The notes: a model not told the origin generated them from the letters alone. A stretch of 64,000 nt of DNA from Gnetum montanum (GCA_015680685.1 MNCI01001880.1:67212-131211); one strand, 5' to 3'. Shown: positions 1 to 14,498, counted from the stretch's first letter. Program-made: numbers and translations.

Positions 1-521
1 TCTAGGTTCATGATCATAGATTAGGTTAGAAGAGGGAACTGCAAGGGCTGCTCATTGCAAAACACTATGGACTACTCTGAAATTGACCTTGTCTTAGCTA
101 ATACCACTAACTACACTCTCTATGCTAGAGAGCAAACTACGCTAACTATGTTTTCCACACTGGAGTGTAAAATAAGCTAACTATGCTCTCCACATTAAAG
201 AGTAGACTACGCTGACTACACTGGGGATGACTATGTTGTAGCTGAAAACAACAAGAGTTTGGTAGATAGTGGAAATGAATGTAATTTGGGTTACTACATG
301 GGGTCTCAGGTATATTGACTATGGGGTCCAATCTACACTTATAGGTTAGTAGACAATGCCTATGCTAGCCTAAAATATAGCTACTATTTCTTGCACAGTA
401 ATTCTACAAGGATGTTACGGTCTACACTAGCCCAAAGCCAACAACTATGATGCAAAGAGCATATGAGAAAACCACAAAAAAGTCCAAAAAAGTGGTTAAC
501 CATCCTTCTAGAATCAAAAAC

Positions 522-2216
522 TATAACGATTAAAAACATTGATATCTAGAACACCGAGGTGCATGGGTGTACAACCTAACCTCGAATCTACATGAGGGAT
601 TGCTAGAGGTAGAGATGGGATGACCTAAATGGTCTGGCCAATTGAACAAGGACTTACTAGATGTAATGAGGTTGTGGCATGGTTAGCTACGGAGTTTATG
701 CAAAATAGTGCTAAGGATGTCAATGATGCTTGTAGTGCATATGGTATTTGTGATGTTAGTGGGATTGGGCGTAGTTACAAGTGTTGGAAGGTGCAAGCAT
801 AGTCAAGATTTTGGATGAGGTAGATGATGTCAACATGCAGAGACCACTGCCAAAACATAGTTTAAGTATGTCTATGTAATAAATACAATGAAAATGCAAA
901 AAATAAAAAGAAATATAGAAAATGAAGTAGAATAGCACCCAAAACAACATCGAGCATAGTTAACACCAAAAGGGATTTAGAAGATAGGTGGTGTACAATA
1001 GGCACATGTAGACAATGTACTCATAGTCCCTCGACTATTTGACCATAAAAACTAGTGTTTCACTAAGGTGTCTACATATATTAGGTTGGCTGCCATGGTG
1101 TAAAGCTAGATTTGGTGTTCTGCTGGTGGTCTACCACTTCACCTATTCGTTGGTTACTCACTATGCCTTTGGTCTTCTCCTAATCACTACTTATATTTTC
1201 TAGCCTTGAAAACTTTGAGGACATGGGTATTTATAGGTTTAGGGTTAGCAGAAAATGTAGGATAACTACCATGTCACAGAGGGGATAGTTGGGACTATGC
1301 TCAGCATAGTCACTACTCATGTGTTGTACTGATGGGGTTGGTGGTGTTATTATTTGCTATGCTTTTCCATACTTTGCAAGACTATGAGACTATGACTACA
1401 CTGCCAACTGCATGTGTGCACCAAGAAGATTGCATGGTACATAAAAAATAACACCCAGAGACTACGCTATGTGGGACTATCCTCTCGAGACTCTCATGTG
1501 GGGTCGAGCGTACTTACAATTTTTGGGTAAAAGGGGATACAAAAAAGAATTATTTTGCTAACTACACTTGCCAAAGGTGAGTTGACTACATCCTAGAGCT
1601 AAGCTAAGTGTTTTTGTTATGCTGTGGAGGTTGCTGCAAAATTTTTTGGCTCACTATGCTCTCGTTTGGGGGTGAGCATAGTCAAAATGTTGGTGAAATC
1701 TATGAGGAAAATGGATCTTTTCCTAACTATGCTCTTCATAGGAGGATATCTATGCTCCCAATTGGAGATAAGAATAGTCTTAAGAATTGTCAAAACTTGT
1801 GAAAACTTTCTTCTTGTTGACTACATTCTCTACAAGAGGCTAACTACGCTTCCACCTAGGGGAGAGCATAGTCTCAACACTTAGAAAAAATTTGCAAAAC
1901 TAACCTTCCTGCTAACTATGATCTCCACAAGAGATTGACTATGCTCACAACTAGGGTTGATTATAGTATTAACACTTAGAAAAAATTGCAAAAGTTGGCC
2001 TTCTATTGACTACAATCTCCATGAGAGGCTGACTACACCCCTAACTAAGCGAATGCATAGTGTCAACACTTAGAAAAAATTTGCAAAACTAGCCTTCTAC
2101 TGACTATGCTCTACATGAAAGGATAAATATGCTCCCATCTGAGGGAGAGTGTAGCCTCAACACTTAGCCAAAAATTTGTAGTCAAGATGCCATAGTCTAG
2201 ATTTGGTGGTGTTTCA
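522..2216 (-). repeat. 5' LTR of element A (~1.7 kb)
   Basis: Termini homologous to the B and E LTRs (TGAAACACC... on the minus strand). Minus-strand TATA-like GGTATTTATAG near 1227. Confidence 0.8.
1790..2175. repeat. ~94-bp tandem array (about 4 units) inside LTR A
   Basis: ACACTTAGAAAAA(A)TT(T)GCAAAA recurs near 1878, 1972 and 2066, with a diverged copy near 2160. Confidence 0.8.
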
Positions 2217-4050
2217 GGAAATTGGATGAAAAGATGAGGGAACTGTAGCCTGTACCAATTCATAATCTTCCTTAATGTTGCATGACTGGGACTCCTACAG
2301 GTGGTAAAAATTATTACAAATAGAATAAGATTTTTTACTAAAAATTTGTTGGTCAAGATGTTGAAGTAGCACAAGTTCTTATTCGGTAGCCACCACTATC
2401 CATCCCATTGAATAACTAGAATCTAAGATAGAAAAAGAAGGAATTACTGGAATAGATCCAAGAGCTAGTATTGGCATCACATATTAAAAGAAACTTGGCA
2501 TTGCTAGAATTAATGTCATGCATGGTGATCTAGATGGAGGAATGGGAGATGAAAAAATGGGAGTTTATTCAGAACTAGTGGATACATCATCTCCCTTCAT
2601 TTCTTGGATAAAGTACCTTTGACCTTGAGATAGCTACAACACAAACAAGACCAACATCATACAAAAAGAACAAAAAGGATGTATTCAAACATTAAAATAA
2701 TTAAAAATTACTCTAGTTATTTTTCCTATCCTATCTTGTACTTTGTTTTTGAGCTTATTATCGGGCTTTTTGTCTAACTACTAGGCTGCGAAGACTTTGC
2801 CCAATACGTTACCTTTGTTAAAAAAGAATTTATTAGAGAAGTGAATAAGACATTAAAATAGGCTATTATATATATGCTTATATATATATATGATGTATAT
2901 CTTGGAGATGGTAAGGGTAATTTGTTAAGTATGAACCCTTCCAAAGGTTGAAGCACCTTGAGCACTTTTAGTCTATGTAGTCTGAGCATCTTCTCTTGGA
3001 ATCTATGCATCTTGGATCGGTTCATTCTACATTCCAAATTACACTACCAATAAATACAAGAAGAAACATAACTAACAACAAAAATATAAAATACATAAAC
3101 ATATAGAATACCTCACTACTTCCTTCTTGTTTTCTACCTTGCTGCAAAATGATCTAACCTTTCTTGCTACCTTTGATCTTACTCTTTATAATTCTACCTT
3201 CTTAAAGAAACTCAAGACATAAACTAGGATCATATAAAATAAATAGCTTGGTTGAAGGATTGTAACTTAGAATTAAACACATGATTAAGGATATGCAACA
3301 TATGGTGTATGGTTTACTAGGAATTTTCTTGTAATAGTAGCTCCACTCATTACATTGTATAAAGTAGAAAAACAAGACAGTGACCAATCATAAACTCTAC
3401 CAATTATGACACATGAAGTATATAGATGGAAAAATAAATAACATAAGATTAGTGTTGATGCTACAAAATCTTACTATGGGTGAATTGACATAATTCAAAC
3501 TGAATTTCATTGATGAAATCTCCATGAAGAAATTAGCTTTTGATAATAGCAGAATCAATCACATAATATGATAACATAATTCTTTTTCGAAAAATAATTA
3601 AAAGTTAAGGGATAAAATCAATGGCATTAAAAGATCCTCCCCTCAGTGAAACCCTAAGGTTATTTGAATATTAGATGAAAGAACAATTATCGGTCCAAAA
3701 AATGGTTAGGAGATGGTGCTTATACTATTATTATACAAATTTAACCATTAAATGATTAAGTATTTACACTTTGTTACCTTAAAATAGGGAAGATCAGTAA
3801 TTTAAATAATTGAGAAGTGTAAGATACCAAAACTCCTCCTTTCCAAGTAAATCATGCATAAGATTAGATGTTGTAACTACACTATTTTGATGAAAAAGAA
3901 TGGACACCAATTTGGAGCTACCTAAAGCTTAAGAAGGAGCCTGAGTGGAGCACTTTGGGGCCCTGTTGATGATGGTTAAAATCCTTTGTGCTAACGATAG
4001 AAATCTTCATGCTTCTCCATTGATGAAATCCTTTAATCTTCCATTCATAT
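2217..4050 (-). pseudogene. Decayed multi-exon gene remnant, antisense to and upstream of the chromovirus gag; product unknown
   Basis: Minus-strand short T-rich GT-AG introns at ~3397-3474 (GTAAGA..GGTAG), 3044-3111 (GTATTC..GGTAG) and 2634-2711 (GTAATT..TGTAG), plus a donor near 3778. The intervening blocks look like stop-riddled exons. Truncated at 2217 by element A. Confidence 0.5.
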
Positions 4051-4854
4051 TAAACTATGATGGGTAAAGTCTTTCTTCTCTCATGTTCTTATAAAAGAAC
4101 AACAAGAATCTTAGTAGGAGTAAAGGGAAAGTATTAACTTAAGTTAATTAATGATTTAATAAAGCTAATGCACATTTTTTATGATTTTGTAATTTCTAGG
4201 TCCATCAAAATGATGTTATCACTAGTTCAATGCATAGTGCTCTTTGAGATAATTCCAATGGTACCAGTTTCATTGAAATCCAACTTATGGTTTGGAAGAT
4301 ATGGCATTTCCCAGGTTACATGTACTTTTAAAATTAAAAAAGTGTTTTTGAAAAAAATTTAAATTTAATTTTTAATGTTTATTTATTTATTTAATTATAA
4401 AAATATGGGTAAAAAATGGAAGATCATAGATTCAACCCCGATCCCCAAATATTTATTATTATTTTAAGAAAAGCCCTTTGGCAAGGCCACAATTAGCCCT
4501 ACTACCAACTACAACAAGGCCTATAGGCCTAGTTGGTTGATGCCTAGTGGTAGCTGAGCCAACCTCAAGAGCTATCTAAGGATGATCATGTGCCAAGTGC
4601 CACCTCTAGTTGCCACACACCATGCCATCTATAGCATCCACCTCTTGGGCCCTCTATGCAACCTTCTGCATCATCACCACCCTCTCTTATTACCTTCTAT
4701 GCCATTGCAGGCCATCCCCCCTTCCCTCTTCCCAATGCACTTTCTATTTGTGTGCTTCCATCATTCACTCATCATGTGTAATAACACTACACTACACACC
4801 ATGTCTTGTAGTGTCTATCCTCTGTGGCATTGTTGCATGTTGATGGTGTCATGG

Positions 4855-5125
4855 ATCAGGGGAATCCCTAGTGCTTCGTGGGCATTAACAATGCCACAAA
4901 TCATAGGTACTTGTGGTGCTTTGTAGACACCATTAGCACTACTGATCATAGGAAACCCTAGTGATCTGTAGACACCATCGATGTTGCAATCACAAGCACC
5001 CCTAGTCCTTTGCAAACACCTTTGATGTCGTAGATCATAGGCACCCCTAGCACCAATGGCATAGCTAATCATAGGTACCCCTAGCATTAATGCAATCGCT
5101 AATTGTATATACCCCCAACACCCTC
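4855..5125. repeat. Degenerate 33-45 bp tandem repeats
   Basis: ATCATAGG(C/T)ACCCCTAG-like core repeated about 6 times. Confidence 0.6.
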
Positions 5126-5707
5126 TAGAGTCACTAATGATGGAAATATTTTCCATCATTTAATAGAAAATTTCATATTTTTCGACAAATGATGAAAGCT
5201 TTCAAATTTTTGTGAATTGATAGGAAATTCAAAATTCTTGTCATTGACACATTGATTTAAATCAAATTCATGAAAATAATTTTTAAAATTTAAATTTGGT
5301 ACCTTGGTATTAACAAAAATAAAAATTCCAAAATTAAGCATACTCGACCTAGAGTAGAACTAGGATGGATGACCTCTCGAGAAGTCTTGAAAATTGTATA
5401 AGTTTTTGGCAAACTTAAAATAACCATAACCTTTGAATTTGGAGTTCATTTTCAACCAAACAAAAACTAATTCTAATAAAATTAAACATTTTAGATGCAA
5501 TGGAACAATCAGATTTAGCCTTCAAATAATAAAAAATTAGCTTTTAATCCATTATTTAAGGTCTCAAAATAATTTATGATTCTATGGGTAGGTAGCAATT
5601 CATGATAGTTTCAACCTCTTATATAAGTGATTAACTATTGAGAGACCCATAAAAAGGGGTCATAAAGGCCAAGGATTATCAACACATCTTATTTCTTCAA
5701 ATTACCA

Positions 5708-8355
5708 ATGTACAAAACCTAAAGAATACATTGGAGAGTAATTGAGCTGAGTTAATGATTGAATGAATGCCCTTGAGGATTAGATTAATGAGATCAGGGA
5801 TGTTCAAGAAGAGATTCACTATTCTAATCAAGGGTTCAAGATAGAGATGTTAAATATGTCCAAATAAATTAGGAAATTGTCCCAGAGTTTAAAGGATAAA
5901 TGATTAGACATGCAAGGAAATATGGATTCCATTGTAGACTCCATCAAAAAACTAACAAATCATCTTACCTAGCCTTCAAATCCTAGACACCTTCCATCTA
6001 AAGATAAAAATCAAGATCAAAATCAACTTCCTCCTAGGGATCCACACCGAAACCAACCCCCACTTGCTGGTTACTAGGATACCAATATTCTTTCTTTAGG
6101 TCATAGAGTAGAAACTGAAGGCGAGGGATATGGGAATTGGTATAATACACCTAGAGAATTGCTAACTTAAGTTCATGCCAAGAATGTAAAATTAGACCAA
6201 TAGGATGGAGCCCATGGATCTAGTGCCAAGATGAAGGATTAGCTTGATAACATGAAGAATTACTTTCATATGTCGAATTTCTCAAGCCAAGAATTTCTAG
6301 AAGTTGTTTCCTTGTATTTAAGAGGACTTATAGTAACATGGTGAAATGGATTGAAATCTCAAGGTTTGATTAAAAATTGGCTCAATTTTTGTCAAGATTT
6401 TAAACAAAAATTTGTACTCAATTCTTTTCTCAAGGAGCTGAAAATGATATTTGATTCTTTAAGATTGGGAAGGTGATCTATAGAAGATAACTACAAGGAA
6501 TTTTATGAGCTTAGTCAGTATGTAAGCTACTAGGATGAGGGAGAATTGGTGGATTACACGTAGAACTGCATCCCCAAACACAAGCACATAATCTCAAACA
6601 TTTGATGAAGCATACAAAATTGATAAGAATTATGAATAATTGAATCAAGTATAAACTACCCTTTGACAATCAATAGTAGAAGAAACATCAACCAAAAGGA
6701 CTCGATCAAGATCAAGATGCTTTGTTTGTGGCAAAGATCATTTCAAAAAACATTGTTCAAAATTGCATGCAAAAGTACAAAGGACCAATCAAATTAGAAA
6801 TAAAAAGCCCAACCAAAAAATGAACAACTGAAAAATCCCAACCACAATCACATTTGTGAAGAAGATATCTGCATAAACTAAATTAGGTTTACTTAAATTT
6901 CAACTTTCTTTACTAATTTTTGAAGGTTCAACTAAAGGTAAAAAAATTAAATTTTTGATTGATAGTGGTGCTAGTGATAATTTTATTTCTTCAAAGTTAA
7001 TTAATTTATTGAAATTAAGTTTACCTAGCAAGAAAATTATTAAGATAGAACTTGTAGGTGAAACAAATGTAAGCAAGCATGCTAGCTAGGGAAAAATTAC
7101 CTTTACTTTGTAAGACATGCCTTTCATTGATGAATTCTTTGCATTCAAACTAGGTGATGTTGATGCAATTTTAGAAATGTCTTTCCTACAAAAATTTGAT
7201 ATTGGTATCCACTTTGGAACTCGTAGTTTAAAAGTCCCAACTTCTAACAAAGTCAGGCTTCTAAGGGGGTAGGAACAACAAAGCAAATTCACATGATAAC
7301 CATTAAGAAAGCCAAAAGATTAGTAGGGTGTTATGATGTTGGTTGTCAAACTAACCCAACCTCAAAAATATTCAAGTATTAAGATTTTGAAAGAAATTGA
7401 GGAATATAAAGATTCAGTATTTGGTGAAACTAGAGAATTGCCTTAAAAAACTATTGAGCATGCAATTGATATTTTTCCTAGTACACAACCTATTTCAAAG
7501 GCTCCTTATAGATTTTTCCAGTTCTAAATTAAGAGTATTGAAAGTACAGTTAGATCAACTATTGCAAGAAGGGATAGTTTGACCTAGTGTATCACCTTGG
7601 GGTGCATCAATCTTATTCATTAAAAAGAAAGATGGTACACTAAGATTATGCATCAATTATAGGGCATTCAAGAAAGTGATGATTAAAAATACTTGTCCTT
7701 TACCTAGAATCAATGATTTTTTTAACCAATTTATGGGTGCATGTTATTTTTCAAAGGATGATTTAAAATAAGGTTAATAAAAAATAATGATTAAGGAGAA
7801 ATATATTGAAAGAACTACTTTCAAAATTAGGTATGGATTATAAGAATTTGTTGTGATGCCATTTGGATTAAGTAATGCAGCTATAACATTCATGGCTTTA
7901 ATGAAAAATATTTTTCATGAATATCATAATTAGTTTGTTATAGTATTTATGAATGATATACTTGTTTATTCTAAGTCAAGAGAATAACATATTGAACATT
8001 TGAAAATTACAATATAAATTCTTAAAGAGCATTAGTTAAAAGCTAAATTAAGTACATGCAAATTCTTTAATGAAAAAGTCTTTTACTTGGGCCACATAGT
8101 TTCTAAGAAAGGATTACAAGTAAATCCAACAAAAATTAGTGCAATTTGGGATTGTCCTGAATTAAAAGATTCCATAACAGTTCACATTTTTCTAGGCTTA
8201 GTAGGTATTCATTGACATTTTATTAAAGATTATTCTACTTTAGTAGCCCCATTGATTGACCTTGTGTAGGAAAAGCATGTATTCAAGTTTGATGAAAAAT
8301 GTAGGAAATCTTTCCTCAGATTAAAGATTCTACTCACAATGGCACCTATTCTAAG
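5708..8355 (+). pseudogene. Element C gag, zinc knuckle, aspartic protease and reverse transcriptase (many stops and frameshifts)
   Basis: RCFVCGKDHFKKHC (~6715), LIDSGASDNF (~6955), [24 protein letters not shown] (~7590), VMPFGLSNA (~7853), FMNDILVYS (~7946). Confidence 0.9.
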
Positions 8356-10166
8356 TGTGACGTCTGAAAACGTCAATGGCTGGAATACCAAGAGGTCATC
8401 GGGCACACAACCTAACCCCGAGTTCATGGGAGGGCCATGCTGGGGAAAATAGAAATGGGATGCCCTGAATAGTCTGGCCGATCAAACAGAGACTTACAAG
8501 GTGTAACAATAACCATTTGCAAAAGCCTAAGAATAGTATCATGAGTAAAAAAAATGTGTTAGTGGTAGAAAGCATAGGAAATTATGCTAAAATTTGAAAC
8601 CAATGCTGAAGGAAAGTGAAATGAGAGCTCAAGTGAAGAAATGCATCACTCCAAGATCAGGGAATGTAGCTCTTGATTAAATAGTATGTAGAACTGGTAC
8701 GCAGTGTTAGATAGGCACAGCAAGGTAGCATGGTAGTGTGGTCACAATCTCTGAGATGTGGTGGATGTGGTGCTAGTAGCTGCAAAAGGGGCTGAACCTA
8801 TCGAGCTTATAGTTGTTACACTGTGTGGGTGTTGGGTCATGGTGCTCAAGTATGGGAGTGATGAAGATGCTAAGAGAACTCTAATGCTTGATGCTTAGAC
8901 TGATTTTTCCAATCATCAACCAACCAACCACTAAAATGCTAATTATAGGGGTATTTATAGAGCTAGGGTTGATAAGAGATGTGGATTGAGTGCTACATGG
9001 CTTGGATCCCATGTAGCATGAATGTGAACAAGTTATGCTAACATGCTACACTCAAAGTGTCAAGCTCCAAGTGTCAAGCTCAATGGTGTCATGCTCTATA
9101 GGAAAGGAAGGAGAACAAAGAATCTGCCAAATTGTGGCCACATTGCTTGGAATGCATGTGCCAAAGTCTGAGGGACTATAATGTACCTACAATTAATGCC
9201 AAAACAAATGCAACTTGAATCCTATGCTCTGGGACTATGTCTTCTCTCTCTTTCAAGTAGGGTCAAGTGTAGAGATAATTTTGGGGATCAATAGGAGGTG
9301 AAAAAGTAAAGCAAACTACTAATCTTGGACACCAAAGGAATGTAAAAGTTAAAATAATGATCAATGCCAAATTCTGAGAGCTTCTAGAGGCATTTAGAGG
9401 CATTTTCCAAGTGTCACACTATCTACACTGCATAGCATAGTAGAGTGTAGTGTGAACACTTAGAAAATTTTTGCAGGTTTTAGCTTGTCACGTTGTCTAT
9501 GCTACATAGTGTACTAGAGCGTAACACCCACATTTTGATGAATTTTTCCAAAATTTTCCATGTTTCTTTTTGGTAGCATGGGTGAAGTAAGACAGGTAGC
9601 CTCAAAAGTCAAAAAATTGTCAAATGCACCTTCCATGTCTAGATAGCTTGACAATCTTCTGGTCCAACACTTAGAAAAATTTCAGCCCTAAAACTTGTGC
9701 TACACTATCTACACTATGTAGTGTAGTAGAGCATAACAAGCCCAAAAGATAGAAAATTTGCTAACTTGTTTCTTCCATCTAGAGTATCTTTGACAACTCA
9801 TAGCTTGGCACTTGGATGGACTGGCAACTAGGACATGTGTCAAGTTGGGCAGGCTGAAGAGTGTAGCAAGCTTCATGGCCTAGGAGATAGATAATTTGCC
9901 GAACTATTTAGTTCATCCTCTATGTCCCTTTGACTACTTTTGGCTTGACACTTGTGGAAACTAGACTTGGAAACATGTGCTATGTTGGTTGTGCTAGGGA
10001 GCGTAGTAGGTAGACTTAGAAAACGTTTCCCAAAATAGGACTCCTAGTGTGCTACATTGTTTACACTGCATAGCGTGACATTGGACTTATAAATGTTTTA
10101 CCCAAGTTTTAGCACTTAGAAAAATCTACTAGTGAATCATAGGAGCCCAAAATTAGTGGTGTTTTA
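8356..10166 (-). repeat. 3' LTR of element B
   Basis: Collinear direct repeat of 24622-26417. Minus-strand PPT AAATAGGAGAAAG at ~10167-10179. Confidence 0.95.
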
Positions 10167-10598
10167 CTTTCTCCTATTTGTCGAAATCTAGAGGACTAGC
10201 TCAAGAGACATCGACAAAGAATATAAAACACCATGATGAACATGACACCAACCCGTTCATTAGTGCCCACTTGGATGATGCTTTTCTAGGCTTGAGAGTG
10301 CCAAGGAAATGAAGTATGATGAGGACTAGTTTAGGGAAATAGTTCAAGGAATGGAAAGGATAGCTGTGGGATGTCATGCGATGATGGCTTATTGTCATAG
10401 CATGCTCTCTCTTTGGAGTGCTTATAAGGGATTCATCATGTGCAGGTGTCCTACCATCTTGGATTTCAACCTCTTGTTAGAGTGCTTATGAGATGGTCAA
10501 TCCAAGGCCAGACTGGTTATAAGATAGGAACTATGCGATTTGACTTGGGCATGTAACTTGTTCCATTTTCTTTCTTTTTTTTGTTTTGTAACTTTTTT

Positions 10599-10602
<4 letters not shown>

Positions 10603-10635
<33 letters not shown>
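10603..10635. repeat. (CT)n microsatellite
   Basis: Direct run of CT dinucleotides. Confidence 0.95.
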
Positions 10636-10639
<4 letters not shown>

Positions 10640-11629
10640 ACACATATATTTTTGAGCGAACTAGCTTAGAGGCAACTACATCGCATTTGTAGAATAGGAG
10701 TTTTCTCCTTAGGATGAGTTGTGTTACATTCATTTGCAGTTTTGACCAACCCACAAAGACTCCCCATGGGACAATTTGTGTTATGTTCGTCACGGGTTCT
10801 GTGGCTAACTATGAGAAAGGTTGCATGTTCATTGGGGAAGCTTACAGGGGGTGAGGGGGATTGCAAGATCAAGAGGTAGAGGTTAGGTTAGCTGAGGGGA
10901 TATTAGGAACATGCACTCTCAAGTAGCTAGGTGATCTAAAGCAGACACATCGGAATAATGTAGTGTCTTGACATCATAGTGAAATGAACCCTTGAATGAT
11001 GCTACTTAGGCTTCATCCTACAAACACAACATAGAGAAAAAAACCATCATGTGAAATGAGGGTGAAGTCTTGCCTACCTAGGACATTACAAGGGCTATGA
11101 GTGCTACATTAGGTGCATGCAATGCCTAAGTAGGAAGGCTAGTATAGGTGTTAGTGTTGGTAGGTTGGAAAGCTCTAACAGCCACACTAGAACTAAGTAC
11201 TTAAGAGGCTAGGAGCAATGGTGATGCAGGTGCACAGGCGTTCTCACCAAAGGCAGGAGTTAGGAAATCTAGCTACAAGGTGAGGAGCCATGATGTTGAA
11301 TGCTCTTCTAGACTCTGAAAATGATGAGGGCTCAAGGATGACAGTGCTATGGCTAGGACATAGTACTTTTGGTACTCCAAAAAGAGGTGCTGATGATGAG
11401 AGCTACAACCAAGATGATTCGTGGTAGTGACGGTAGCTCCGGAAGGTTAGCAAGATGATAAAAAACATCTCTGGAAGATTAGCAAGATGCTAGGGATGGT
11501 GATGTCACAAATGTCCCAGTTTTCCTTAACAACATGAACTTTATTCTAGAACTAAAATGCCCCACCCTATCCTTCCCAAGAAGTGTGGGTAGGAAATGAA
11601 AGATTAGAAGTATTCTTGCTCACTTGTTC

Positions 11630-11975
11630 ATAGGACCATGTATGTTGGACTATAGGTGCTAAATTGCAAACCTAGTTTTAAATCTTTGTAGACCAACAGT
11701 TGTGCTAGTTTAAGGTCCTAGCAGAATGTGATCCAAATTTAAGGTCTAGGTAGACCATGATGTGCTTGTTTAAGGTCCCAGAAGACTGTTATGCTAGTTT
11801 GACATTGTAGTAGACAATGGTTGGCTAGTTTAAGATCATAGCGGACCATGTTATGGGTGCTAGTTTAATGTCATAGCCCAAGGACATTTTGTGCCAGTTT
11901 AATGTCATAGTAGCCATTCTATGCTAGCTTAATGTCATAGCAGATGTTCTGTGCTAATTTAAAGTCATAGTAGAT
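11630..11975. repeat. ~30-bp tandem array downstream of B integrase
   Basis: About 10 units of TGCTAGTTTAA(G/T)GTC(C/A)TAG. Confidence 0.85.
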
Positions 11976-12017
11976 AATCTACTTACCTTTCTTTTATTGT
12001 TGATGAGATACTGCATG

Positions 12018-14012
12018 TTAGGTGTAGTATGGATTCAGGTACAAGTGGTTAACAAGATTGGCAAACTCTTTGTCATCTAGATCAGAAAGCTTGAAGGCTC
12101 CATTTTCATATGCATTTGTAACCAAGAAAGGCCCTTCCTAGTTGGCTAAGAATTTATCTGTGAGACTACAGATGACCTTTAGGACTAGGTCCCCCTTCTT
12201 GATTGGGAGTTGATGTTGATTGTGGCGGTGCTTTTACCATTGCTTCTCTTGGCACCACTGAATTTGATCAGGTATTTGGATGTACTCTTTCTTCATAGAG
12301 TCGAGGTCGATGATTCTCAACTTTTTTTTTTGAGCTTCATCCATGAAACTTGAGAGGATCATGCAAAGCGATAAGACCTACAATTCTAGAGAAAACATTG
12401 TTTAAGATCCGTACACAAGACTATATGGCGTTTTACTTGTGGTAGTTCTACATGTTGTGTGGTAGGCCCAAAGTGCATAGAGTAATTTTTCATGCCATCA
12501 TTGCTTGCTATTGTTAAGAATCTTCTTCAAGAGGTTGACAATGACCTTATTAGTAGCCTCCACTTGGTCATTTGCTTGAGGGTAGTATGGTGATGAAAAG
12601 GAATGTTTGATGCCAAAGTTTTTATAGAAGGCTTTGAGTTCTGCACTACTAAATTGTGGCCTATTGGCTATGACTATAGTCATGGGGAGACCAAATTGGA
12701 TCACTATGTTGTCAAGAATGAATTTGCAAACCTACTGAGATGTTGTCTTTCTAAGGGGGATAGCTTCTACCCACCTTTTGAAATGCTTGATTATGATAAT
12801 AATGAAGCTATGTCCTATAAAAAACTTAGGTGTTATAGGCCCTATGATGTCCAACCCCCAATGTTGATATGGCCATGTGATTTGCGTAGTATGTAGTTTA
12901 GTGGGTGACACATGCCTTAGATTCCCATGCCACTAACACATAGGACATGTCTTGACCTTGGAGACGTAATTGTACTCCATGTAACACCAGTAGTAGCCTA
13001 GACACCTAATTTTTGTTACCATTGCCCTAGGAGCTATATGACCCCCACATAGTCCCTCATGGACTTGGTTAACAATCTTTTGTGCTTCACTGCAACTAAC
13101 AAAAGTTAATAGTATCCCATCATAGGATCTATGACATAAGGCATTGTCACCTACAAGGATGTACTGTCATGATCATTTTTACACTGCATCCTTTTAGGCA
13201 AATGTTAAGTTTTGTGGGGGTTCTTCCTGTTGGAGGTATGCCTTGATGTCATCATACCATTGTTGGGCATGAGGTGTACTTATGGATGCAATACTTGTTG
13301 TGTGGATTATAGGTTCAATCCACTATTGAAGTAGGTAAAGCAAAGAACATATTTGTCGATACGCTTAAGGCTAAAGTAGCTAGTGTGTTAAGCATATCCC
13401 CCACATACGTTTAAGTCTTGGAAGTCTATGCAAATGCATATACCCCCAATTTTGTTGGGAACAACTACGATGTTTAAACCAAATTTGCATAGTCAAATAG
13501 CTAGATGAAACTAGCTTGGTAAAGTTTAGTGATTTCGTCAAGGATAGCCAATGCAATCTTAGGCTTGATTTTATGAGTCTTTTGTTTAATTGGTTTAACA
13601 TGTAGATCTAAGATAATGTTATGTTGTATATTATGTGGATCTAATACTGGCATGTCCTCATAAGACCATGAAAACACTTTGACATTGTCATTAAGGACTC
13701 TAGAGATATTCTATTGGACTTAAGGCTCTAGTAAAGAACTAAGCTTCAATGATTTTACCTCAAATTTACATGTTGTTACAGGGATTTCGATGAGGGGATC
13801 TTTAGTTATGTCACCTACATCTAAGTTTAGAGCTTGGACTAGATGTTCTAGGAAATCTAATGAAATTTCTAGGGATGCTATGTTGGTGTTAGAAGCAGGT
13901 GGCTTGAAGTCCAAAATTTTTGTGTTTATGTGTCTCATGAGTCTGCCATAAGGTCTAGTCAAGGCTAAAGGTGAACAAAGATTCTCATATGTGTTCATTT
14001 TCTCAAGAGATC
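12018..14012 (-). pseudogene. Element B pol: RT N-terminus fused by deletion to the end of the additional RNase H, followed by integrase
   Basis: VFSWSYEDMPVLDP...KPIKQK...NIVVVPNKIGGICICIDFQDLN (13680-13410) joins YA(D)TLATLA (~13390). Then WYDDIKAYL, VHEGLCGGH, FGLPMTIV..NRPQF, SSPYYPQAN, and a stop at 12018. Confidence 0.9.
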
Positions 14013-14498
14013 CTATAAGATAACAAAAAAAAATCAAGAAATACCTATTTAATAAAGAAAAATGAAGCAACATGCATAAAATGAGGAGGGTAATGGTATA
14101 AAAATTAACTATGCAGTATTGAAAATAGTTTATTTTTTTGTGTTGTTTCACATGGCCTCGATGGCTCAAAAAATTGCCAATTTAAGGTCTTAGAGGATCG
14201 TAGACTATGCGTATGGTGTAAATCTAAGTAAAGCTTGAAAGGCTTGAAGCATGGGGTGAAGCTGAACATTCAATCGACAAGAAGAAAAAACATAGAAAAC
14301 TTTTTTTAAGTGTAAAAAGCTGAAAAAATTAGAAAATTTTTCTAACTCTAGGTGTTACACTGCATAGGACATGGGATGTTCCATGTTACATGCAGAACAT
14401 GGGATGTTCCACATTACGAATGGGACATAGAGCATCCTGTGTTACACACGAGGCATAGGATGTCCTAGAAGGATGAGATGTCATTTGACCCTGGAGGG

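Larger units (their letters stand above)
1..2216 (-). mobile_element. Element A: 5' end (5' LTR plus start of internal region) of a Tat-type Ty3/gypsy LTR retrotransposon that runs off the left window edge
   Basis: 522-~660 aligns with the LTR ends of element B (8356, 24622). The right end GGTGGTGTTTCA (2216) matches B's GTGGTGTTTCA (26417). A degenerate PBS (CATCCTTCTAGAATCA, 501-516) occupies the same position as in B. Confidence 0.8.
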
